DNA of 34,406 nucleotides from Methanosarcinales archaeon (lineage in GTDB: Archaea; Halobacteriota; Syntropharchaeia; Alkanophagales; Methanospirareceae). Position 1 is the stretch's first letter. Each line of letters opens with the position of its first letter. Of this stretch, positions 9,063-16,857 are shown piece after piece. A program made the position numbers and the translations under genes. Under the pieces are notes generated by a model. The model saw nothing but the letters and a program-made list of their open reading frames with translations. It had not been told where the DNA came from and did not search any database. The stretch covers positions 1-34,406 of the forward strand of contig JAODGF010000005.1 in NCBI GenBank assembly GCA_025464645.1. Reading direction: 5' to 3'.

Positions 9063-9158
9063 ATACCCGCAAACAATACTTTTATTATATGTATGGGACA
9101 TTTTATTTTTCATTCACATCGAAATTTTTGAAAAGGTAATGTGGGGTAGAGAAAAAAT

Positions 9159-10376
9159 ATGGAAAACCTGTTCGAGGATTTGATAGACGAAGGCAAGATA
9201 TTTGCAAATAGAGAGGTGCTACGCCCTACTTATATTCCCGAGAATCTACCACATCGGGAGAAGCAGATAAAAGGTTTAGCCACTGCGTTATCGGCGGCGT
9301 TAAAAGGAGAAACACCTTCCAACATATTGATCTACGGTAAGACTGGAACAGGTAAGACCGCTACGGTGAAATATGTGAGCAAGGAATTAGAAGAGATGGG
9401 CGAGAAGCGAGGTAGTAAATGCTCTCCGATATACATCAACAGCGAGGTGTTTGATACACAGTATCGGGTTTTTGCTTATCTCGCAAGGGTCTTCAATAAG
9501 CAAGTTCCAATGATAGGATGGCCGACGGATATGGTGTATTCAGAGTTCAAGGCTGGGATAGATAACGAAGATAGATGCGTAATTGTGATATTGGATGAGG
9601 TGGACAGGTTAGCGAGCAAAGGAGACGGAGCTTTGTATAACCTCTCAAGGATAAACAGCGAGCTGAACCACGCAAAAGTAAGCATGATCGGCATTTCAAA
9701 TGACCTGACTTTTACGGAGCTGCTGGACCAAAGGGTTCAGTCGTCATTAGGCGAAGAAGAGATAGTATTTCCGCCTTACGATGCCGCTCAGTTGCAGGAC
9801 ATCCTGGGTGAGAGGGCGGAGATAGCGTTCAAAGAATCTGTGATAGACGATGCAGTGATACCGTTATGTGCGGCTTTAGCTGCCCAGGAGCATGGAGATG
9901 CAAGGCGTGCCCTCGACCTGCTGCGTGTATCAGGTGAAATCGCAGAGCGCACAAAATCTGATATGGTTACTGAGGAACATGTGAGGCTTGCAAGTGAAAA
10001 GATAGAAGCGAATAAGATTGTTGAAGTGGTAAAAACACTACCGTTGCAATCAAAGATCGTGTTAAACAGTGTGCTCCTGCTACACCGTGAAAGAAACAAG
10101 CGACGGTTCTCCAGTGGTGAGGTCTATAATATGTACCGGAGATTATGTAGTCATCTGGGCATGGAGGCGTTAACGCAACGACGTGTTACTGATTTTGTCT
10201 CGGAGCTGGACATTTTGGGATTGATAAATGCAGTGATAGTAAGTAAAGGGCGATATGGACGTACAAAGGAGATTTCATTAAGTGTGCCGGTCGAGAGTGT
10301 ACAGCCTATCCTGCTTGAAGACTATAAACTTAAAGCAATATCTAATATCAGGGTAAAAGCACAGATAACATTGTAG
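9159..10376 (+). CDS. cdc6: Orc1/Cdc6 replication initiator
   Basis: 405-aa ORF with 'REVLRPTYIPENLPHRE' at the N-terminus, Walker A 'GKTGTGKT', Walker B 'ILDEVD' and 'GDARRALDLLR' (sensor/arginine region), plus a C-terminal winged-helix region. Confidence 0.9.
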   Translation: MENLFEDLIDEGKIFANREVLRPTYIPENLPHREKQIKGLATALSAALKGETPSNILIYGKTGTGKTATVKYVSKELEEMGEKRGSKCSPIYINSEVFDTQYRVFAYLARVFNKQVPMIGWPTDMVYSEFKAGIDNEDRCVIVILDEVDRLASKGDGALYNLSRINSELNHAKVSMIGISNDLTFTELLDQRVQSSLGEEEIVFPPYDAAQLQDILGERAEIAFKESVIDDAVIPLCAALAAQEHGDARRALDLLRVSGEIAERTKSDMVTEEHVRLASEKIEANKIVEVVKTLPLQSKIVLNSVLLLHRERNKRRFSSGEVYNMYRRLCSHLGMEALTQRRVTDFVSELDILGLINAVIVSKGRYGRTKEISLSVPVESVQPILLEDYKLKAISNIRVKAQITL

Positions 10377-10387
10377 GGGGATGAAAG

Positions 10388-10789
10388 ATGAGTGAGGAAG
10401 AAGAAAAAGGGAAAGGAAAGGAAAAGCCAATATATGTCAAGTTTGAGGCGCCGGAAGATTTGCAAAGGAAGTCGTTAGAGGCTTTAGACATGGCAAGGAC
10501 TACGGGCAGCATAAAGAAGGGGACAAATGAAACCACAAAAATCGTAGAAAGGGGAATGGCAAAGTTAGTGCTGATTGGTGAGGACGTAAATCCTGAGGAG
10601 ATAGTAATGCATCTTCCACCATTATGCGAAGAAAAAAGCACCCCTTACCTGTACGTAAAAACGCAGAAAGATTTAGGGGCTGCTTGTGGTATAAACAAAG
10701 GTTGTGCCTCTGCTGCCATCGTTGACCCCGGAAAAGCAGGAGAAGCGATTGCAGGGATTATAGCGGAATTGGAGAAACTAAAAAGGTAG
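10388..10789 (+). CDS. rpl7ae: Ribosomal protein L7Ae
   Basis: '[45 protein letters not shown]' is the canonical L7Ae core. A short acidic/basic N-terminal extension is present. Confidence 0.9.
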   Translation: MSEEEEKGKGKEKPIYVKFEAPEDLQRKSLEALDMARTTGSIKKGTNETTKIVERGMAKLVLIGEDVNPEEIVMHLPPLCEEKSTPYLYVKTQKDLGAACGINKGCASAAIVDPGKAGEAIAGIIAELEKLKR

Positions 10790-10806
10790 CATAAGGAGGA
10801 GCGCGT

Positions 10807-11019
10807 ATGAGCGAAGAGAAGGGAACACCTGCTGAGGTAATAGAAATAGTAGGCAGGACAGGGATGCATGGCGAATCCACGCAGATAAGGTGTAAGGTAC
10901 TGGAAGGGCAGAATAAAGGGAGAATTATAACGAGGAATTGTAGAGGTCCTATAAGAACAGGCGATATCATTGTATTGCTGGAGACAGATAGAGAAGTGAG
11001 GAAATTATTCAGGAGATGA
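10807..11019 (+). CDS. rps28e: Ribosomal protein S28e
   Basis: 70 aa with '[26 protein letters not shown]...[13 protein letters not shown]'. Confidence 0.9.
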   Translation: MSEEKGTPAEVIEIVGRTGMHGESTQIRCKVLEGQNKGRIITRNCRGPIRTGDIIVLLETDREVRKLFRR

Positions 11020-11025
11020 TTTTAG

Positions 11026-11217
11026 ATGGAGAAGAAATGCTCTTTTTGTGATTCGCCAATAGAGCCGGGTCGAGGGAAGATGTATGTAAAACGCGATGGA
11101 ACAGTTTTTTATTTCTGCAGTTCCAAGTGTGAGCGCAATATGATAAAGCTGAGAAGAAAAAGAAGAAAGGTAAAGTGGACTACGGGTGCAAAAGCGAAAA
11201 AAACGGTGAGCTATTAA
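11026..11217 (+). CDS. rpl24e: Ribosomal protein L24e
   Basis: 63 aa with the zinc-ribbon pattern '[13 protein letters not shown]...[10 protein letters not shown]'. Confidence 0.9.
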   Translation: MEKKCSFCDSPIEPGRGKMYVKRDGTVFYFCSSKCERNMIKLRRKRRKVKWTTGAKAKKTVSY

Positions 11218-11231
11218 AGGCTGAAGGAACG

Positions 11232-11651
11232 ATGAAAAAAGAGCGGACTTTTTTGATGATAAAGCCAGAAGGAGTGGAGCGAGGTCTTATAGGGGAAATA
11301 ATAGGGAGATTTGAAAGAAAGGGCTTTAAGATAATAGCGCTGAAGCTTCTAAAGATAAGCAGAGAGGTGGCAGAGAAGCAATATGAGGAACATCGCGGAA
11401 AAGACTTTTTCGAGGGGTTGGTTTCCTACATGTCCTCTGCTCCAACGGTATCAATGGTGATCGAAGGTGAGAATGCAATTGCAGTAGCGAGGGAAATGGC
11501 TGGAGTTACGAATCCAAAACTTGCAAAGCCAGGGACTATAAGAGGTGACTATGGCATAGACGTTCAGCGGAATGTAATACATGCCTCGGATTCTGAAGAA
11601 TCAGCGAAGCGAGAAATATCTATTCATTTTGGGAATCTCGACTCCTTTTAG
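11232..11651 (+). CDS. ndk: Nucleoside diphosphate kinase
   Basis: '[31 protein letters not shown]', 'GTIRGDYG' and 'NVIHASDS'. I chose the ATG at 11232, because the 11175 extension would overlap rpl24e. Confidence 0.9.
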   Translation: MKKERTFLMIKPEGVERGLIGEIIGRFERKGFKIIALKLLKISREVAEKQYEEHRGKDFFEGLVSYMSSAPTVSMVIEGENAIAVAREMAGVTNPKLAKPGTIRGDYGIDVQRNVIHASDSEESAKREISIHFGNLDSF

Positions 11652-11689
11652 TAAACCTTTTCTTGGAATATGTATAATTTTAGATTATT

Positions 11690-13468
11690 ATGAAAAGAAA
11701 ATTAGCTATCCTTTTGATATTAAGTATATCAGTAATACTACTAACACAAATAGCAGGATCGAGCTATTGCTTTGACGGTGTGCCTTATACAGACAAGCTG
11801 GATTTAGTAGCTCATGGCGCTTTAAAAGGTGGTATATATGTAGGTGAGAGTCGTGCACTTGCCTTCCCACCGTGTACAAGAACCTTCGCAGTGCCAGAGG
11901 ATGTCAAAATCAAGTGGGCGAGGCTGTATGTAGGAGTTTGGGGCGGCACGGAAAGATACACCGGTTGGGTTCACACAAAACTTAACGGGCAAGACCTCGG
12001 CAAGACGTTCCTCCTCGGCGAGAGGGATAACAATCCAAATGTTTATTGTAGTGGTCACGGCGTCTATTGGGTCTTTTATGATGTAGCAGATAAAGTATCG
12101 CCGGGGATAAACACCGCCATAGCGAACACCAGCAGGGGTGAACGTGGGAACAAACTCGATGGCAGGATATATAGTATCATCCTTGTAGCAATCTACGAGG
12201 ACGCGAATGCTCCTGAGATTTCATACTGGGTTGCAGATGGGAATGTGAATCTGCATGGTCTGGGCTGGGCAGGAACGGTGCCGACAACAAACGATTTCGC
12301 TTCGGTGAATTTTAAAGGCGCGATTGATCCCGCGAACGTAGAAGGAGCAGAACTTACCGCGGTTTATCTTGCCGGTAATCCCGGAGAACCAGACTACTTA
12401 GAGTTTAACGGGCAGGGCATAGGAGGAAATGACGTGGCAAACTGCGGAGACGGTGAAACTTACGGCATTGACCTCAAGACCTTTGACGTTACAAGGTATG
12501 TACAGGCAGAGAATAGCGCTCTTTTTCTGAGAGGGAAAGACATTAACGGCGATGGTAAAATAGAAGAGGATGACGAGGGCAACCGTGAGGGCGAGCATTA
12601 TCTTCATCCGGTTCTGACTGTTCTTATTGTTCGGCATAAAACCACAGAAAAAGCAATGCCTGACTTCTCCACCGAACTTGCACTGCCCAAGAATCTAACC
12701 GAGGGGGAGAATATGCTTACTACGGTCATAAATAATTATGGTGGATTGTTCGAGGACGATTTCGTATTGAAGGTCAGTGTTGATGGGTCAGAGATTTACT
12801 CGAAGGTCGTTCGTATGGATGCCAGCGGGATTAAGAAATTGGATGTCCCTTGGACCGCTACGCGCGGCGTGCATACCATCAAAGCAGAAGTTGATGCTGA
12901 GAGAGAAGTAGATGAATCGAACGAGGACAATAATGTTTTCACTTTGGAGGCTTATGTCATGCGTAAACCCGATTTGTCAGTAAAAATTCTAACGCCGGTA
13001 GCGGAGGAGAACCCTTCTTCTACTGCTTCTGCCTCCAGTGCAAATAGCAGAATTGGGATACTTGTAATAATGCCGTTGCTCATGTTTATCACGAAACCGG
13101 GGAATAAAAGAAGTCCCTTAGGTATTTTGATGTTTGTAATTCTGAGCGTTGCGTTGATTTTAAGCGGTTGCGTGGACAAACAGACTAAAGAGGAGCAACC
13201 AGGTATGCTCAGCTATTCGATCCCCGTAGAGATAGAAAATAAGGGAGAAGCAACAGCGATAAATTTTGAGTTATCTCTTTATGTGGATGGTGAGAAAAGC
13301 GTGACCAAAAGGATCAGAGAGTTAGAAGGTGGCAAATCCATCGTTGAAAAACTGCCAATTGTGGTGGCTGAAGGGAAACACCATATACGTGCAGTAGTGG
13401 ATGAGAAGAAAGAAGTTGAAGAATTCAGGAGGGATAATAACGAAGATGAGATTACATTCGATTTTTAG
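11690..13468 (+). CDS. Secreted DUF3344-like (type A module) + CARDB protein with an internal TM hairpin/lipobox and a second CARDB-like domain
   Basis: 592 aa with signal peptide 'KLAILLILSISVILLTQIAG'. Type A motifs are 'KWARLYVGVWGGTERYTGWV', 'NPNVYCSGHGVYW', 'DGRIYSIILVAIYE' and 'YWVADG'. The CARDB hallmark is 'VDESNEDNN'. Two hydrophobic helices at aa 455-493 end in 'LILSGC'. Confidence 0.6.
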   Translation: MKRKLAILLILSISVILLTQIAGSSYCFDGVPYTDKLDLVAHGALKGGIYVGESRALAFPPCTRTFAVPEDVKIKWARLYVGVWGGTERYTGWVHTKLNGQDLGKTFLLGERDNNPNVYCSGHGVYWVFYDVADKVSPGINTAIANTSRGERGNKLDGRIYSIILVAIYEDANAPEISYWVADGNVNLHGLGWAGTVPTTNDFASVNFKGAIDPANVEGAELTAVYLAGNPGEPDYLEFNGQGIGGNDVANCGDGETYGIDLKTFDVTRYVQAENSALFLRGKDINGDGKIEEDDEGNREGEHYLHPVLTVLIVRHKTTEKAMPDFSTELALPKNLTEGENMLTTVINNYGGLFEDDFVLKVSVDGSEIYSKVVRMDASGIKKLDVPWTATRGVHTIKAEVDAEREVDESNEDNNVFTLEAYVMRKPDLSVKILTPVAEENPSSTASASSANSRIGILVIMPLLMFITKPGNKRSPLGILMFVILSVALILSGCVDKQTKEEQPGMLSYSIPVEIENKGEATAINFELSLYVDGEKSVTKRIRELEGGKSIVEKLPIVVAEGKHHIRAVVDEKKEVEEFRRDNNEDEITFDF

Positions 13469-14453
13469 TGGTTTAACTCTTGCACTGATTATCTTTTCCA
13501 TTTTTACTTTTCCTTCAGCATCAGGCTCCTACGCGGGTGACAAGCCGCTCAATACGATAGCGCATGAAGAAATCTATGGCGGTATATTTTTTTCATTGGG
13601 AGATAGCAAATACAGTGGTCGGTTGAATTATAACGATACTTACGAGGTCAATTTTGAGCTCGGCGTGCTGAACACAGATAGAGATAAAGGAGTGAAATTA
13701 GCCAGGCTGTATGTCTATTGGGTCTGGAGCCAAAAAGAGAACGTGGGTGTGTACCCCATAATGGAAGTAAGGGCACCGGCAGAAAAAGAAGTTCTGAGTT
13801 CAGTCGTTACATACACGGATACGAAAGGATTTGTGGGTAAGTATGATTACTTCTCCGGCGTCAGTGTTTACAGTTGCAATTTAGATGGCGACTCCTACTC
13901 GGTTACCGTTAAAAACGTGGATGTAAATGGAAGCACTTTTTGCGTGCAGGGAATCGGATTGTTGGTGATATACGAATGTCAGGAGCAGGAGCCAGATCAA
14001 GATTGCCAGCTCATAGAGTACTGGGTCACTGAAGGCTGTGACATGATATATGCAGAGTATGGAATCACGCCTGAGATGGCTACCAGTAAGATTTTCTTTG
14101 ACGGTGAGCTGGAGTTGAAGAGGGTGAAGCGGGCATATTTAATAACCGTGGTTCCTTCAGGAGGATACGTATCAGGCGGAGAGACAGCGCATAATAAGCT
14201 TTACTTCAATGAAAAACGCGGGTGGCTTAGCAATCTCCCGTTCTTGAACCAGTTGCTGAGATTATTGTTCGGCTACGGTGGTGGTGTTTGGAGCGATGTG
14301 TATATTGCGGATAACACGGTCCAGATAGGAGTGGACCAGCGGGATGTTACTGAATATCTGAAGGCAACGAACAATTTTGCCGCAGTTCAAGATAATCATG
14401 ATTACATGATGGTGACAAATGCGGTGCTGGTGGTGGAGAAGGAAGAGAGATGA
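13446..14453 (+). CDS. Secreted single-module DUF3344-like protein (type B module)
   Basis: 335 aa from the ATG at 13446, with signal peptide 'LTLALIIFSIFTFPSASG'. Type B motifs are 'FFSLGDSKYSG', 'ARLYVYWVWS', 'GLLVIYE', 'EYWVTEGCDMIYA', 'LYFNE', 'DVTEYL' and 'DYMMVTNAVLVVE'. It overlaps the upstream gene by 23 nt. Confidence 0.6.
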   Translation: MRLHSIFSGLTLALIIFSIFTFPSASGSYAGDKPLNTIAHEEIYGGIFFSLGDSKYSGRLNYNDTYEVNFELGVLNTDRDKGVKLARLYVYWVWSQKENVGVYPIMEVRAPAEKEVLSSVVTYTDTKGFVGKYDYFSGVSVYSCNLDGDSYSVTVKNVDVNGSTFCVQGIGLLVIYECQEQEPDQDCQLIEYWVTEGCDMIYAEYGITPEMATSKIFFDGELELKRVKRAYLITVVPSGGYVSGGETAHNKLYFNEKRGWLSNLPFLNQLLRLLFGYGGGVWSDVYIADNTVQIGVDQRDVTEYLKATNNFAAVQDNHDYMMVTNAVLVVEKEER

Positions 14454-14484
14454 ATGGGCAATAAAAAATAAAATCACGTAAGAA

Positions 14485-15168
14485 ATGACCGTGGAAACGA
14501 GGGATTTAACAAAATATTACTGGATGGGAAAGGAGAAAGTAGTTGCTTTAGATCGCGTGACCCTGAAGATGGAAGAGGGGGAGTTCATATCTGTGGTGGG
14601 TCCTTCTGGGTCGGGGAAGTCCACGCTTTTAAATATCATCGGATGTCTGGATGCACCAACGAAGGGCGAGGTCTATCTGGCAGGATGGAAAGTAGATTAC
14701 AGAAATAAGCAGTCGTTGGTGAGGTTGCGGCGGAATTTTTTGGGGTTTGTGTTTCAAACGTTCAATTTGATACCGGCATTGAATGCGGTGGAGAACGTGG
14801 AGTATCCAATGTATTTCAATAAGGGCGGGAGGAGCAAAAGCGAGAGAAGAGAGAGTGCGATGAAGTTATTGGCGATGGTTGGTCTTGAAAAGCGTGCCAA
14901 TCATCTTCCTTCTGAACTCTCTGGTGGTGAGCTGCAAAGGATAGCGATAGCAAGAGCGCTTGCCAACGACCCAAAGCTTATACTTGCTGACGAACCTACC
15001 GGGAACCTTGACTCGCGAACAGGGAAAAGCATATTGAGTTTGCTCAAGCGGTTAAACGAAGAAGAAGGGAAAAACATCATCATGGTGACGCACGATCTGG
15101 AATCGGCGAAGAAGATGAGCAGGGTAATTAGGATATTAGACGGGAGGATAATGAGCAATGAAAAATGA
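14485..15168 (+). CDS. ABC transporter ATP-binding protein, MacB/LolD/FtsE-like
   Basis: Walker A 'GPSGSGKST', signature 'LSGGELQRIAIARAL' and Walker B 'ILADEPTGNLD'. At 227 aa it is typical of the COG1136 class. Confidence 0.85.
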   Translation: MTVETRDLTKYYWMGKEKVVALDRVTLKMEEGEFISVVGPSGSGKSTLLNIIGCLDAPTKGEVYLAGWKVDYRNKQSLVRLRRNFLGFVFQTFNLIPALNAVENVEYPMYFNKGGRSKSERRESAMKLLAMVGLEKRANHLPSELSGGELQRIAIARALANDPKLILADEPTGNLDSRTGKSILSLLKRLNEEEGKNIIMVTHDLESAKKMSRVIRILDGRIMSNEK

Positions 15169-15203
15169 AAGTGTAAAAAGAAAAAAAAGGGAAATAATGT
15201 GAT

Positions 15204-16415
15204 ATGAAAGAGTTATTTGCCTTAGCGAGCAGGCAGTTGAGGAGGAAGAAATTGCGCGTGTTTCTTATTGTGCTGGGGATAGCCATAGGAGTTGCCGCGG
15301 TAATTGGCGTCACATCGCTGGGTGAAGGAATTCGCGTTCAGGCGGTTGAGCAAATCAAGGCTTCTCATGATTTAACTACGATAGAGGTTTCAGCAGGTAT
15401 AGAAGCGGGCAGTGTTACGCTGATAACTGATTCAAAACTAAAAGCGATTGAAACGGCTGAACACGTTTTATTCGTGGCTCCATACGTGAGGGACTCGTAT
15501 GTCACGCAAAATAATACGTATCTTGCGGTTATGGGTGTCACCCCTGAGTATAGACAGATTCATGGTAATCTGCAATTGGAGAAAGGAAATTGGTTTAGTG
15601 AAAAAGGGAACCCCGGTGAGATTGTATTAGGCTACGACGTTGCAAAAAGACTGTCAATAATAGAGGATTTAGGATTGGGTGATGAGTTTGCGGTAAAAAT
15701 CAGGTTATACGGCGAGGAAGGGCGTCCAAAGGATAAAACTGCTGTGTTCAAGATCGCGGGCATACTGAAATCATCAGGTGATGAGCATGACAACCAGGTG
15801 TTTGTAGGTATCAAAGAAGCGATGGAGATGGATGAGAAAGATGCTTATGATGGGCTATTTGTAAAGGTAGATGACCCTGCTTTCGCTGCTTCTATAAGGG
15901 ATAGGGTAGAGGGTCTTGGATTGACTGCACATTCTGCGCAGGATGTGATTGATGAAGTAAACAAGCTGATGGTGGCAGTAACACTGGTTTTAGGCTTTTT
16001 TTCCGGTATTTCACTCGTTGTTGGCGCGCTTATGGTGGTGAACACGATGATTATCTCGGTTTACGAGCGAACGAAAGAGATAGGGCTGTCAAAGGCGTTA
16101 GGGGCATCGGATTTTGATATTATGAAGATGTTCCTTGCAGAGTGCGTGATTATAGGCGCCATAGGAGGAATTTTTGGCGATTTGCTGGGGATTGGCTTCT
16201 CTGTGTTGATAGACGTCGTAGGTAAACCTTTCCTGGTAAGTGCGCTTGGAGGCGAGTTAGGTACGGGTTTACAATCGGGCAGCATCACAGCGGTCACACC
16301 GTGGATATTGGCAGCGGGATTCGCGATTTCGCTGGTTCTTTCGATTGTGTCGGGTTTGTATCCCGCGAGAAGAGCGGCGAGGTTGAATCCGCTGGATGCG
16401 TTAAGGCAAATATAG
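15204..16415 (+). CDS. ABC transporter permease, FtsX/MacB-like (4 TM with a large extracytoplasmic domain)
   Basis: 403 aa. TM1 is at aa 18-39, followed by a ~210-aa soluble loop and then a three-TM FtsX-type C-terminal bundle ending 'GLYPARRAARLNPLDALR'. Confidence 0.8.
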   Translation: MKELFALASRQLRRKKLRVFLIVLGIAIGVAAVIGVTSLGEGIRVQAVEQIKASHDLTTIEVSAGIEAGSVTLITDSKLKAIETAEHVLFVAPYVRDSYVTQNNTYLAVMGVTPEYRQIHGNLQLEKGNWFSEKGNPGEIVLGYDVAKRLSIIEDLGLGDEFAVKIRLYGEEGRPKDKTAVFKIAGILKSSGDEHDNQVFVGIKEAMEMDEKDAYDGLFVKVDDPAFAASIRDRVEGLGLTAHSAQDVIDEVNKLMVAVTLVLGFFSGISLVVGALMVVNTMIISVYERTKEIGLSKALGASDFDIMKMFLAECVIIGAIGGIFGDLLGIGFSVLIDVVGKPFLVSALGGELGTGLQSGSITAVTPWILAAGFAISLVLSIVSGLYPARRAARLNPLDALRQI

Positions 16416-16688
16416 TATTTTGAAAAAGCCCTTCGAGATCGGTCGTTCCTTGGAAGACTTTCCAAAAAGGATGTTTCTAACACATGTTTTGAACTCTTAC
16501 CTGTTTTCCTTACCTCAAATCCCCCCGTGGTTTATATATAATTCTCCTTGTGGTAAGAGGCGGTAACTATTTCCATGAAAATCTTTTTATTTACCTCAAC
16601 AATAAAAAATTTATATCTTACTGAAAGATAAAAGGCGAAGATATGAGCGAGGGAAAAGGAAGCAAAAAGCATGAAAGTATAATCCATG

Positions 16689-16717
16689 CCCCTTACGTGG
16701 TTCGAATCCATGAGGGG
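16689..16717 (+). other. tRNA-like T-arm/acceptor minihelix (not a complete tRNA)
   Basis: CCCCT-TA-CGTGG-TTCGAAT-CCATG-AGGGG. This is a canonical GGTTCGAATCC T-loop in a 5-bp stem, stacked on a second 5-bp stem. No D-arm or anticodon arm lies upstream. Confidence 0.3.
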
Positions 16718-16857
16718 AAATGGGGCAAGTTAGGCAGTACCCCAATAGGTGAGAAGAAAAGGGAGGAAAAAAGTTATTTTGGTAAACCTTTTCTCCCACG
16801 CGCCGAGTAGGGGCGCGATATAAATACCAAAACAAATAGGAGGTGAAAAGAAAAAAG

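Noticed and set aside
10377-10400. GA-rich 'GGGGAUGAAAGAUGAGUGAGG' around the rpl7ae start as a possible K-turn for L7Ae autoregulation
   Set aside because: I could not identify the flanking C and NC helices or a proper tandem sheared G-A arrangement by eye. The purine richness is also explained by the SD-like sequence and the Glu-rich N-terminus. It would need proper K-turn or covariance modelling.
11175-11231. 19-codon N-terminal extension of ndk offered by the ORF track
   Set aside because: It would overlap the 3' end of rpl24e by 43 nt and adds residues absent from NDK proteins. The ATG at 11232 gives the canonical '[12 protein letters not shown]' N-terminus.
16494-16559. 8-bp inverted repeat CTCTTACC / GGTAAGAG flanking a TTTATATATA tract
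   Set aside because: One such 8-mer pair is expected by chance in a 427-nt AT-rich spacer. The TATA-like tract is more than 300 nt from the nearest start codon.
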